Below, in pieces: positions 14,305-30,870 of a stretch of 64,000 nucleotides of DNA (the stretch's first letter is position 1; each line of letters starts with the position of its first letter). The notes beneath the pieces were generated by a model. That model was not told the DNA's origin and made no database searches. It was given only the letters and a program-made list of their open reading frames with translations. Both the position numbers and the translations under genes were made by a program. Source of the DNA: the human T2T-CHM13v2.0 reference genome, Homo sapiens; the NCBI RefSeq assembly GCF_009914755.1, contig NC_060926.1. One strand, given 5' to 3'.

Positions 14305-16359
14305 GTTGGTCATTGATATTTCTTCCTTTGACGGATGCCTGTTTAGGTCTTTGCCCATCTTTTAATTTGATTTTTTTTTTTTTTTTTGCTATTGAGTTGG
14401 TTGAGTTCTTCCTATATTATTGGATGTTAACCCCTTGTCCCAATGGTGCTGTTTTAATGAAGAATCTATCATCCAAGTACTCACTGCCTTTTCACTAAAT
14501 TTCCAAGATGAACTAATTATAAGCATATATGGATGACGATTAATTTTCGTCATGGAAATATTGTCACTATTTATTTTACAAACCTTGTTACTATAGAATA
14601 ACAGCCTTCCTACAGCACTAAAGTTCCTTGGGTAATATAAATTTTTAACAGTCCTGGATTTCTTCAGTTTTCTTCCTGTAACTATTTCCTTGGGACCACT
14701 ATCAACAGACCACTTCTTTCTTCTCTATGAAACTGCCTCAGCAAATATTAAATTTGTAAATTGAACAGCAGAGATTTGCTTTGTAAACAAACCATCAAAA
14801 TAATTTGCAGCATTTGTTTGTAAAGGATTCATAAAATTCTCCTGTCATTAACAAAATTACATGTGATTTATATATTTGTATGCTTGTTTTAAATATGATT
14901 TAAGAAGAAACTAAGAGTGAGATGCTCTTCTGGAATCTTAATGGACTAAAAAAAATCTACTGAAATAGGTAAACACCAGAAACTGAGTTTATAGAAGCTT
15001 AGGTTTGACTCTTCCAAATAATTTTCTAAGATTACTGTGTTTTCTAAATACTGAAACCGGAGATCTTGTATCTTTGGGACTGACATTTAGAGAGAAGTAC
15101 TAATTATTCCTTTCACTATTTCTTGAAATACTCCTCTGTTGTCTGTAGAATAGACAAACTAGTAAAAATAATAAATATATTCAAAATTTGCAACAGTTTA
15201 AGATCTTACTTTATGTTAGAGTCTAGCTCAAACACAACACCTGCTTTGTCTTTCCAGAAGTTAATTCTCGGTGATAGTTTTGTGTGAACCTGTTAGGTTT
15301 TTTGTTTTGTTTGTGTTTTTTTGGCATGCATCCCAACAGAACAATATAACAGATAAAAAGAAAAGATATTTGTTTGCCTTTACCTGGGAAAACATAATAT
15401 ACTAAAAAGTAATCCCTCAGGATTTACAGTCTCTGTCTTATTTCTCTCAATTTAAGATGTTTTTTCTTAATCTTTGTTAATCCAATATGTAGATTACTGA
15501 TAGTCTATTATCTGTTGTTTTGGATATCTATAAATCAAACTCTGTCTATTCATCTATCTGGAAAGAAATGATCACTCTTTCTGTCTGTTTCTGTTTCTCT
15601 GTCTCTATAGCTGTGCATCTGTATAGCTATAGAGAGAAACTAAATTGGTTGGGAAGGAGTATAAAGTTTCTGAAAGTACAAAGCTGAAGTTTGTCATCTT
15701 GGAATGATTTGTCTGTCAAAGATAGTATATTAGCTAAGGAAAGATTATTGGCTATTCAAAATTACCCAGAACTGATAACAAAATGACAACAAAGAATTTC
15801 TAGAATTATGTATTGTAAACAACAGGTTCCCAATTTTTCTGAAATAGTAAATCCTTATATGACTTTACAAATTATTTTTTCACACTTTCCTCACTTAATT
15901 CTAACATGCAATAAGGATTGAGATCCCCTAGATTAGTATAAAATCAAAAGAGGACAAGTAAATGAGATGGTGACACTGGAGTTCATGAACACAGAATTTT
16001 TCCTCTTTATTTTGTTAAAACACAAAAACTGTTATAAGATGATTATACAGCAACCATCATCTGAATATTTTTCTATTTTTTTCTGTAAGACAAGATCTTT
16101 TATGTCTGGCTCTTGGCCTTAAGTCCAGTAGGTGGTTGTCTTACATTTGAAAGAATTTTAAGTAGGACTATTACATGAAATTTACCTTAATGAACTTCAG
16201 ATTTTAATAGCAAACATCATCATGATGTTGGTCAGACTTATTGCTGAGGTAATGTCTGTTGACTTTTCAGAACTGGAATTTTTTCAGGTTATTTAAGAAA
16301 TAGTATGATGCCCCAAATTTTGCTGCACACTTTTCCCCTAGTTTATATTGTGTAATTTT

Positions 16360-16935
16360 ATTGGGACTCGGAAAAGAATACTCCAAAATGAAGGCTTCAG
16401 AGGCAAAAGCTTTTCTCTCACCTTCTCCCCTGCTCCTGTTAGAATCTCTTCTTCCCCAAAGCGGGTCCTAGAAACCAGAACCCCTTCTCCCCAAAGCTAG
16501 CCATAAAACCTGAAAATTGTTACTCTAATCGCCCTCACCTTTCTGTGTAAAAACTGGTCACAGAGAAGTTACCTAACTTACCTTGTTTGACTGTAGGTCA
16601 AAAAAGCCCCCCTACCCCACCCCCAAAAGGAAGGAATGCATACTTAGAAAGACCATGAAGAGTTTAGAGAGACAGGCCTTGCTGGATTTTCCCAGTCAAT
16701 TAACATTAGATCATATCCTTTTTTTCCCAATCATATTTCTACCTGACTGCTGATCATCTGTTGAACCTAAGGATAAAATGGACAGTTTCTCCTGTATCTT
16801 TGGGTTTTCATTCTTAAGGCTCCCATGTATACATTACATAAATTTGAATTCCTTTTCTCCTATTAATCTGCCTCGTCAGTCATTTTTCAGCAAACCTTCA
16901 GAAGGCGAAGGGAAAATTTTCCCATGGCCCTGGCA
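16360..16935 (+). mobile_element. ERV1 solo LTR (MER39-like)
   Basis: Starts 'tattgggactcggaaaagaatactccaaaatgaaggcttcagaggc' and ends 'aaccttcagaaggcgaagggaaaattttcccatggccctggca'. Confidence 0.75.
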
Positions 16936-18987
16936 ATTGTAAAGGTTTTTAATGTTTTAAAAGTTTTTGCTAGTGATTGTATTAGCTATATAATAATAAT
17001 AACCATAAGTAGAAGACCTCCAGACATATAAAATGTAGGTGAGTAACTTAGCTACAGTTTTTCAGATGTATATTTTGTTAATATGATTTTTAATGAATGA
17101 AAAATCATAAAATTAAGATATATTTTAACCTAAAATATAAAATAAAATGTGAAAGTCACTTCTCCTTATCAAAGCCTACCACATTGTCTGGTGTTTGAAA
17201 TTATTTAGGTTGTTTTCTTGTCTATGAAAGCATGTATCTAGATCTGTATCTGTATACACATACACAAACACATATAGATATGTAGACTTTCCAAACACAA
17301 AAATATCCTTACTTAATTAAAAGTACATTGAACTATAAATGTTTATTCATCTTTGATTTTATAATTATATTTATCCTATACTTCATAGGTCAACTTTTTA
17401 ATAACTAATTTATATTTTTAAATGTATTGACCAAATATGCCCATCTTATCCTTCATAAGCATTTATGTTTTATCTATATGTAGTTTTATCTCATTCTTTA
17501 TCCTTATGTATATTTTGCTTCTTGCCTTTTCTTTCATAGGTAATGCTTTTTAAGAAATAATGTGTTTTTCAATGTATTCTTCATACCTTTTTATAACCAC
17601 CTTTGAGGGACTCTATCTCTGTATTTTTGCCAGTTTTTCTATATTTTATAATTTGTTAATTTTCTTTTATATTTGTCAGTTTCTGAAACTTCATTTTTCT
17701 TGTTTCTTACATTTAAAATTTACTTAATTTATCTAAATGTTCTTGTTTAATAACAAAACTTACCTTTAGTAATAAAAATACAACTTTCCCTATATACAAA
17801 TTTAAGGCACTTTTATTTCAAACTTTTATTTTGTATTTTGATTTGATTTACTCATACGGTAATTATTTTAGTACAATGGTAATTATTTAGTACAATTTTT
17901 CATAGGTTCTTAAATTGAATTTTACCTTTAGTTTTATTGCAATTTGATGAGAATGTGCTCTGCAGCTTGTCTATTTGGAATTAATTACCTGTGTCTTTGT
18001 GACAGTGTATCATCTTTATATTATAAATTAAATACTAAATTCAAGACTTGTACATAGATGATCAATTTCTGAAGCTGTAAAACACTCACTCCTAGACCAA
18101 GTCAGGCAAAATATTGTTGTGAAGGCACTGTATACTAAATGTGGGACTCACAACTTGCCTTCTATGGCTGTCTACGTTGGCTAACTAGAAATTTTCTTGT
18201 AAAAATGGGAGTGAAGAGGTGATGTTTTGTAAACGTTTGATCATTTTTGTGAGTATAATACATTCCCAAATCAGGTTGAATATCTAAAGACATAACTTTG
18301 CTCTAATTGTGGTTAAAATGTTAAACGTTTTTTTCTCTTCTGCTTCTATTTTTGAAATATGTTTCATCAGAGAGGGACTCACTACTAATACTATAGCTCT
18401 CACTTTTTTCTTTTTTTTTCTTTTGAAAGATAAAAGCAGTGATAATTAAGTTTAAGTTGTTCATCACCTCCCTTTATGTGTGCAACTTCTCAAGCACCCC
18501 ATTACTGGTTAACCACTTAATGCTAGAGGATGGGGATTCCTGACACCAGGTTATATTTCATTAGCATGAACAGCTGGAGCCTGAAATGGAAGGCACCATA
18601 GGGACTAATTAACTGAAAATATTTAAATAGCAAATACCTACCAGAATCTTTTTCACAGAAAGCAAAGCTGTGTTAACAACCCACGTATAAAGCTGCTGCA
18701 TACCTAAGACTAATATTTATTTGAAATATAAATGTTTTAAAGTCTCTCCACTGTAATACCGCTCTGTGATGAAATTTATCCAAGTCTCATTCACTGTGTC
18801 TTATCCTGTAGAATTATGTGCTTAACCTCACTGGTATATTTGATGTGGCAGATCTTACGGATATGTGTCAGTGGAGACCTCAGAGAAGCACATGCATTTT
18901 CTCATAACTGCTGTTGTGAGACTTAAGAAAGCCATTTGAATGTATTTGACTAGAAGATAATTAAACATTTGTCAGCTGTGTTTGAAC

Positions 18988-19155
18988 AGGAGTTCTGATC
19001 CCAGGGTCCCTGGGCTCCAGAGAATATGAGAAGCACCTGAAATTAAACAATAGATTTTATATATATATATAGATGAGCAGTTTTTTAGAGGGAGTAAAGT
19101 CTCTTGTATTGTCATATGTATCCTAAAGTATTAAGAAGCCCCAAAGTATTATGGC
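18988..19155. mobile_element. Small hAT-Charlie element (MER103C-like)
   Basis: 'caggagttctgatcccagggtccctgg...cctgaaatt...tttttagagggag' resembles the recalled consensus. Confidence 0.5.
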
Positions 19156-19466
19156 TACATACCTTCCCCTACTCCAAGTATTACTCACCTAGATGCTTTT
19201 TATTCTCTAAAATTATAGTAAAAAATTTACTTGGATTGTCAAATAAATAAATAAATAAATGTGTTATATTTATTTATTTATTTATATTTATGAGAAGAGT
19301 TTGGCTCATCTTATGGAAAGGAGACATAGAGCGTATCAATCACATAAAGCAGAATTTACCAATACAGGTCAATATGCCACTGGGGGAATTTTTTAGCTAC
19401 CTGCGATAAAAAAAGAAAATACAGTGTTCATAATTTTAATGATTTTCTTTTAATCCAACATCATAT

Positions 19467-20430
19467 TGTGTCCAGAATTGGTTCCTTCTGGTGGGTTCTT
19501 GGTCTCGCTGACTTCAAGAATGAAGCCGCAGAACCTCACGGTGAGTGTTACAGTTATAAAGATGGTGTGTCTGGAGTTTGTTCTTTCAGATATTTAGATG
19601 TGTCCAGAGTTTCTTCCTTCTGGCGGGTTCGTGGTCTTGCTGACTACAGGAGTGAAGCTGCAAACCTTTGCAGTGAGTGTTACAGCTCTTAAAGGTGGTG
19701 CATCTGGAGTTGTTAATCCTCCCGGTGGGTTTGTGGTCTCACTGACTTCAGGAGTGAAGCCGCAGACCTTCACAGTGAGTGTTACAGCTCTTAAAGGTGG
19801 CGAGTCTGGAGTTGTTTCTTCCTCCTGGTGGGTTCATGGTCTTGCTGGCTTCAGGAGTGAAGCTGCAGACCTTCAAGGTGAGTGTTATGGCTCATAAAGG
19901 TAGTGCAGACCCAAAGAGTGAGCAGCAGCAAGATTTATTGTGAAGAGCAAAAGGGAAAAGCTTCCACAGCATGGAAGGGGACCCAACCAGGTTGCTGCTG
20001 CTGGCCCCGGTGGTCAGCTTTTGTTCCCTTATTTGGCTCTGCCCACATACTGCTGATTGGTCCATTTTACAGAGCGCTGATTGGTCCATTTTACAGAGTG
20101 CTGATTGGTCCGTTTTTAGAGTGCTGATTGGTCCATTTTACAGAGTGCTGATTGGTCCGTTTTTAGAGTGCTGATTGGTACATTTACAAACCTTTAGCTA
20201 GACACAGAGCACTGAGTGGTGCATTTTTAGAGTGCTGATTGGTACGTTTACAAACCTTTAGCTAGACACAGAGAGCTGATTGATGCATTTTTACAGAGTG
20301 CTGATTGGTGCGTTTACAAACCTTTAGCTAGACACAGAGAGCTGATTGATGTGTTTACAATCCTTTAGCTAGACAGAAAAGTTCTCCAAGTCCCCACCCG
20401 ACCCAGAAGCCCAGCCGGCTTCACCGCTCA
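19467..20430 (-). mobile_element. LTR12-family (HERV9) solo LTR
   Basis: TG...CA termini, 4-bp TSD atat (19463-19466, 20431-20434), ~80-bp U5-side repeats 'gagtgaagctgcagacctt..gtgagtgttacagctc', and U3 'gctgattggt' repeats. Confidence 0.95.
20050..20350 (-). promoter_or_regulatory. CCAAT-box (NF-Y) tandem array in LTR12 U3
   Basis: Eight intact ATTGG (CCAAT on the minus strand) plus three degenerate copies; NF-Y binding to ERV9/LTR12 U3 is established. Confidence 0.75.
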
Positions 20431-20689
20431 ATATTTTGCCATCTTTAAATCTTAAACTCGGATTTCTTCTATTAACCGATAGTGATGATAGGAGTGTGGG
20501 TATTTGTTTTTGAATTCTTACATAGTAAAATGCTAAAGTAGGGCTGTGCCAAGTCGTTTCTTAATGAAAAGATATAAAACCTAAAAGTTTGGGTACTACA
20601 GCTGCATTTTCTCCCTACTTTTATTCATAAACTCTGCCCCCAATCCCCTGCCAACATTGAGAGTCACTATTTAATCAGTTACCGGTTCT

Positions 20690-20800
20690 AGTGTTATGAA
20701 ATAGTTGGTTTGTCCAGGACTGAATGGTTTTCTGGAACACAGAACTTACAGTGCTGAGTGAAGTAAGTCTGAAAACAAATGAAATCCACTGTAAACAATA
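20690..20800. mobile_element. MER81-like hAT-Blackjack MITE remnant
   Basis: 'ggtttgtccaggactgaatggttttctggaacacagaacttacagtgctg'. Confidence 0.5.
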
Positions 20801-20923
20801 AAACCTAATGATTGAAAAAAAGTCATCTGGGAGTTTGGCATAAATGTTGACATATAAGAAATACATCTTGAAAGAACAGTATTAAGAATGATTTTTTAAA
20901 AACTTCTACATCATTAAGAAGGA

Positions 20924-24157
<3,234 letters not shown>

Positions 24158-24279
24158 TGAAGTATTTTATTTTTAAGAAAGTTTAGTCGATATGCCAGAT
24201 ATATAATCAAAATGTAAAAGCCAATTTTATTATTTTATACCTACAACTAAGTTATAAAATACTTTTAAAAAAGATTCCA

Positions 24280-25100
24280 GTAAGGGATATTTTGATCCCC
24301 TGCCCATAATCACCTTCTGGAATAAAGTACTTATTAAATACTTACAAGTAATGGGAGTTCTGTTCCTAAATAGTCCCTGCTGTCATCTCCCTTTAGAGAT
24401 TGCTTCAGTCAAATAAAGTCACCTCCACCAATAACAGTATACAAGTCTCACTACTTGGGCCCTTGTTTCTCCTTGAGGAACATTCTTTGCTCCTTTTTAT
24501 ACCCCTGGATATGAAGCCTGTTGGATATCCTTAGGAGCTTGGAGATTGATAGACCTAAGAGTTATTCTGGTGCTCCGCAGATATGTGTCAGATCCAATAG
24601 GGTAGCCTGGTGAGTGGGATGCTTCCACTGACAGTATTTCTTTTGTGGAATCGTGTGCTATTGAGTAACCAGGAAGGAGCTGACACACTGGTTTTGCATT
24701 ACTCTCAATGTTATACACAAGATTCATTCAGGACTCTGGGCTACTATTTGCCTACAATTTTATCTTGGGTTAGAGCTATGAGTATGAGGGGTTTGGTTGG
24801 CCTCTACTCACACATGTGTCCACTGCAGCGTCACCTCTGGTTTAAAATATCTGAGGGTTAAGGGGTCCTTAACCCTCTTTGTACAGTTTAACCAGTGATA
24901 TCCACAACCCGTACATTGAGCAGGCTTCACGCCATGTGTCAGGTAGTTTTCAAGCATGGTGTCATTTATTCTGTGAGCTTTCAACACTCTTGTTCCACAA
25001 AGCCAACAGAGCCTTTACTGTGATATCCTTTCTTGACTTTGATATGTATGGGGGATATTCCGGCCTCCCTAGTCAGTCTTAAGCCATGGCAGAGAAGGGA
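24280..25100. mobile_element. Very old ERVL-like debris (LTR16-like piece on +, possible protease-region remnant on -)
   Basis: 24290-24440 resembles the LTR16 5' part; broken minus-strand translations 'ITVKALL' and 'IVAQSPE*ILCI' resemble ERVL protease motifs (..LLDTG..; ..PECIIGID..). Confidence 0.3.
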
Positions 25101-26404
25101 TAAATATTACTTCCTGAATGAGATCACTCTTTTTGCGTGCCCACAGCTACCCACCTGCCCTCCCTGATGATATGTGGAAGACTAGGGTGTGGTCCACTGA
25201 AAAAGATTGCATTCTAAAAATGAAGTGATTTTGTTCTAAAGAATTTAAGAGATAACATGGTTGGAAGATGTTTTGTTCTACATCATTATGAAATCTCAAT
25301 GGTAAATTTAACACAGCAAGAATAGGAATTCTCAGTCACATGTTCTTTAATATTCTTGGTAAGACATCCATCTGTGACTATTACTAAGATTATGCAGTAA
25401 CAACTTTTGAGAGAGTCATTGGAAACCAGCGTTTATGGGGGATGATGAAGCGCCATGAGTATTGATGTAATCAGCATTGGCAGTAAGTGAGTCCTGGAAG
25501 GAACTGAAAAGGCAAGAATATCTGTATTATAGTTTTAATACAAACAGGTTCACAAGAGCCATGGCATGAATTAATGAGTAATAACTGCATTGATATTCTT
25601 TGGTCATGGTGGGAGATACACACATTTAGTGAGAAAGAACATGAATACATGGTTCTTATATTTGGATGGTAAACAATAATTCCTGTACTTTACAGATAAT
25701 CTTCACATGCATTAATTGGACAATAAACAAATTCTTAAATACCTCTATTCTATCTATCCAAATCTATATCATTAAACTACTCTACATCACATGAATGCAT
25801 GCATTTTATACTCCAGTTGGAAAATAATTGTTTATATAGATAGGACTCCTGCAAACTCTATTTGCCTAGGGTCCTCATAAACTAGGATTGATCCTGTATG
25901 GTTGTAGGAAAGACATCTATATTAAAAGTAAGGAAAACACTTTTCTACTTCACATCCTGTAGAAAAAAATGTATTCCAAATAGATTATACATTTTACATT
26001 TTTGGAAACACACAAGACTATCTTTATGAATCTGAGACATGAAAAAACTTTTAAAAAATATAATGTGGTGTTTGGACCACTTCCATGAGAATCTCCTATA
26101 GGCTTACACTATTTTGTACATTATTTTAAAAATATTTACTTCTCCATATGCACAATGATATTTGTGTTGAAACTATAATATAGACCTTCTTACCTCTACA
26201 GTTTCCTTTACCATTTATGTAATGTTATGCTGATTACACATTTATTCCAAAGGCTGTGTCATCCACCATGAGTACCAGTTTCCAATGACTTTCTCAAAAG
26301 TTGTTATTGTGCTTTCTTAATAATTATTACATATGCATGTCTTACTCATCCAAGTGAATCAAAGGTTGACAGATATTATCTTGAATATACACTATTTTTA
26401 AGGT

Positions 26405-28760
26405 AAATGTGATTGATATGGATGCCCCATCCATATCCTCTAGTTAATTACTACATACTGTTGTTATTTTGTATTGATTTTTGCAGGCCTTCCTGACTAC
26501 CAACAGCCAGCACTTGTGACTCTTTGTAAAGAGTTTACTCTTATAGAAGAAAAATGCACCAACAATGTGAATGAAAAGCCAGAAATTCTAGGAAATAGAG
26601 GTCTTTCTCCATCAGCACAACTAATGAATGACATAAACTGGTGTATAATTCATTACTTCTCCAGGAGAATGATTCTGAGATGTATGGTCTGCTTTACCTC
26701 CCAAATATAACTTCCTTGATAATATGCTTTTTGCTAAATTTTTCCCTTCTTACCTTAATTCCTCACTTTCTTATCATTATTTTCCTGAATAAACTACTAG
26801 CACTTAGATTATTGTCTCAGGTTCTGGTTTTTGTGAAACCATAGTAAGACACACAGTACCATATGTGATCCTGGGAAGCAAAGCCTCAGGATTGGGTTCT
26901 AGAATTTGATCACTTTTGGGCCAGGTATTTTATTTTAAAAAGGGCCATTTTATTAAAGGTAAGGGGTGGTAATAAACTCTGGCATGATGATGTGAGAAAT
27001 AGTGCAGATGAAAGATGACACATTGCTTTACTCAGAATCTCTAACATTGGAGGTCTGCAGGGAGAAATAAAGTTGTAAGGAGGATAGAGCTTTTTGTTAA
27101 CTGTTATTGAGTTCTTGAAAAGAAAAAAACAGCAACTACTGACCAAATATGAACTCAGAGCTCAGAGTCAAGGTCATAGGCTCTATAGAAAGGAGACCCT
27201 CATCTCCTGCAGCTGCAGGGAAATCTGCACAGAAAAATGCCTAAAATCTGTTTATGAAAAAAAAAGAAAAAAATGCATTTTTGGACCAATACATCTTCTA
27301 TAGCAAAGCAATGGTCTTGATAGGGAAGGAGAGGTATCTGAAATAGAGACACCTCAGTGATTGCAATTGAAAATCTTGAACACCTCAGTTTCCATGACCT
27401 CTCTGGGCTGTCATAAGTGGCTTTCTTTTTTGTGCTAGGGGATATCAAAGTACCTTTGATTGGAGACTTCAAAAAAGCAATATCTGAAGCAATGACTTGT
27501 CTTCCTCTAGATATGACTCCAACCCTGACCACTGTTACTTCTGGAGCAACGATTAGTGCCAAATCCACCACAGAATGACATGGACATGTTAACCAAGGCT
27601 TCAGATTCCTTAGGGATGAAGATCTAGGTTACACTATAAGACAAGAAACAGACATTAACACCTGACTTTAAGAGGAGAAATATCTAGAATATGTGGTGGC
27701 AAAGGAGGAAGATAGTAAATATCAGTTGCATCCCCAGGACCAAAACAGCAACATTTTCTATGGCTTATTCTACTAAATCTCCTAATGTAAATACATTTTT
27801 CAGAGAATTTCAACAGCAGTCACCTAAAAAAAAAACAATCAGATAGAAATAACTTAATATGGGCTATGAATGCATCTGTGTAGTTTGAGGATTCTATAAG
27901 TGCCCCACCTATGTTCACTTTAAACCTCATTTCCATGTACATCAGCTCAATTTCCAATTGCCAGCAACTGCATCTTTGTCAAACGGATTATCAGTCAGAG
28001 TTCAACTACAGAAACATATATATATGTATACGTGTGTGTGTGTGTGTGTATAATTAGCATTGGCTTAGCTCACACAATTCCAGGCTTTGGCCAAGCAACT
28101 CTGAAATGCACAGGGCAGGCAAATTCAGCAAGGGAGAACATGGCAGGCTGGAGCACATGAGTGGGGTCAAAGCTCTTGCACAAGGGCAGAATTTCTTCTC
28201 TTTCAGGGAAGCTTTAGGCTCACAGGTAAAGCCTTCCAACAGATTTAGTCAGGATCAGCCTGATTATCCAGGATAATCTTTACTTAAAGTCAACTAAGAG
28301 TCTGTTAAATTACATCTGCAAAATCCCTTAACAGCAGTACGTATATTCATATTTGACTAAACAACTGGGAACTGTAGTCTAGTTAAGTCAACACATTAAA
28401 AAAATGACATTGGAGTTTTTCTGATGCAAAGAGGTCAGTATATCTATGCATGGGGCCAGGCTGGCAAAGTCAGATGGATAACCAGTCTCTCTCAAACAGC
28501 ACTCAGACAATAATCAATTAGCCTTCTATCCCCATAGGCAGAATAACTCTAAAGTCAATATTCTGTACTGACTCTCAGAGATCCTGAGTGGGATAAAGTT
28601 CCAGCTGCCTAGTGTGGTACTTGCTTGATAATTTACTGCCCCTGTCCTCCTTATATTTCCTATTATTCTACTGAGTTTTCCTGTGGTCATCTTCTAAATA
28701 AACAACTTTCCCTGGAAACTCTGCCTCCAGGTGTCCTCTAAGGGAAGATAAACTAAGACA
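26405..28760 (+). mobile_element. Degenerate two-LTR ERVL element (LTR16-like LTRs ~26405-26851 and ~27878-28760, deleted internal part)
   Basis: Both LTRs end in 'aataaac...ctc(c)agg...taagaca'; the internal part starts 'gtacca..tgtgatcctgggaagcaaagcctcaggattgggttctagaatt', as in ERVL internal leaders. Confidence 0.55.
27988..28400 (-). mobile_element. MLT2 (ERVL) LTR with (TA)/(TG)n, nested in the older LTR
   Basis: 'tatcagtcagagttc..cagaaac','ttagctcacacaatt','aaagccttccaacagatt','tagtctagttaagtcaacacattaaa'. Confidence 0.7.
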
Positions 28761-30870
28761 AAAGTAATACATTACAATATTGCTTAAGCACCATCAAGAA
28801 AATATTAACGTGTTTATTTTAAAATTTTATATAATTATATTTAATTACTGGTATCATTCTTAAATGAAAAGGTAGTTCAGCTATATAGAAATATCAAAAA
28901 GACATTCTTAAAAAATTTTTAAGTCTGAATGGTGTAAATTTTGAAGGCAAACATAATCATGCTTTATTCTTTTTCTTTTCATAGTTAAATTAGTGATGTG
29001 GGTATACACATGTTGAACATCATTGATTTTTCAAGCTGCTGTACCCTGAATACATATGAGGAAAAGAGAAGGTCTTGAAAGTTAAACAGGACTTTTTACT
29101 GCAAATGCCATGTTTACATATTTACATGGGCAATTCAATTATAAATTGTTGCCATTTATTTACATATTTTTTAACTATCTGAAATATTGAGTTAGAAATA
29201 GAGTAGAATGAGAAGACGAGCAAAGGGATTCGTAATTTGATTTTGCTAGTTTGTAGAAATTGGTTTAATTTTCTATTAATAAGCAAAATATCCCCTAAAA
29301 TACTTGCAAATAACTGATATTATTTTTCCTCTTTCAACAAGCAATTGTAGTCTTTAATGTGGATTTCATTTCAACAGCTTAAGTGTTCTTTTACTAAAAG
29401 CATTTTTAAGTTGCTGAAGATCCTATTGCATTATAAATACATTTGTATTCCCTTCAACTTGAAATCTAGACTAACTTCTCCAAAAATTGCCCTCATCCTT
29501 AATCTACTGCTTTGGTAAAATGTAATTTACTGCTCTGTATAAACTGAGGATTATAGAAAAATTCAAGACATCTTCTTAACTGTACTCTCATTATTTTGTC
29601 TGCTAAAGTAAAACTAAACCAGTATGACTACAGGTGAGGATATTAAAATAGTCATGTTCAAGATTATTAAAGTATTTGCAGTAAAATGTGGCAATTTTCC
29701 TGCATTACCTTAGTAAATTATGGGTTGTTTAATGGGTTGTTTCAGAGTAGAAAATGAAACTTATTTCTTGGAGCAATTTAATTTGTTCAATAGATTAGTA
29801 TGCTTCGTGATATCGTCTTTAGGAAAGAAAAATATATTACAAAGAGAAAAGGTACCATAAACCATTATTACAGAATTTTAAAGACTTTTAAAAAGCAACT
29901 CTACAGCCTTTGAACCCTATGCAAATGTTCATATAGCTATGTATTTTTTATTAGGACATCTGTTTTTTGAAAATAATAACTTATGTTTGAAAATAATTCA
30001 ATAGAATACTGGGTCTGAGAATCTTAAGGACAAGTGTGAAATTGTTTTATCTTCATTTTCTGGGAGCTCTGGACAGCTGATAGAGACAATGTAGAGAGCA
30101 TCTGCTCTAGGGGTAACTCATGGGATACTTGTCAAATTGATTGTGCTCAGAAACAATTGAGACACAAAAGAAAGAGAGCTTCTAATCACATTTCATTTAC
30201 AATGTTGCTCAAACCTAGAAACTGCAATTTAGAATTAAATAGCTTGGGCATTGTAGAATTTTTAATTAACAGATTATTCCAGTAATTCATATATTTCTCA
30301 CCAGGTGACTGAAATGAATTTCCACCCAGGTTTTGTTTCCATATGTCACAAAATTTCTGACAAAATAAGCAACACATTGATGTACTAATTTTGTGATTAA
30401 TTTTATAAGCACACTGCCATACCAAGGACAGGAAAATAAAAATCATTCTACTAGATTATATTCTCCTTTTAAAACTTCATTGTCAATGATATTGGGTTTT
30501 TTTCTGTATGATTACACTATTTTTAGTTGCAAAAAATCATGGATGCTTTAAAAGGTAATTGATGGTTTCAGTGAAAAATACAAGTCATTTAGACAGTATA
30601 AAGTTATTGATAATGGAAAGAATATTGCATTTCTCCAAGTACATGTATATTTGTCAGGATATACCATTGTCTATACTTTCTTCCATTGATTCAAACTCTT
30701 TCTTGACATAAGTGTTTGAAAATAAAAGTCCATAAGCTATTAGAAGGAACCTAAAGAGTGCTAGAATGTTACAGATTCTTGTTTTTGTTATTATTAGCTA
30801 TGATTAATATATTTCCCCATTCATCTTTATTCACACAGTTTAAGTTGTTACCATTGGCAATAAGAAAAAA

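Larger units (their letters stand above)
13122..14440 (-). mobile_element. L1MA 3' region (minus strand)
   Basis: T-rich tail at about 13122-13140; antisense ORF2 C-terminus (ORF 13765-13989 AIPLLGTYP..MFIAVLFTIAKIWNQ). Confidence 0.9.

Noticed and set aside
17858-17896. Tandem duplication ggtaattattt(t)agtacaat x2
   Set aside because: Ordinary slippage duplication.
19480-20350. Regularly spaced repeats resembling a CRISPR array
   Set aside because: They are intrinsic LTR12 tandem repeats without unique spacers, in eukaryotic DNA with no cas genes.
25200-25896. Possible hAT-Tip100 transposon remnant ending 'tttgcctagggtcctcataaactaggattgatcctg'
   Set aside because: Only one terminus is vaguely recognisable; not enough to call without an HMM search.
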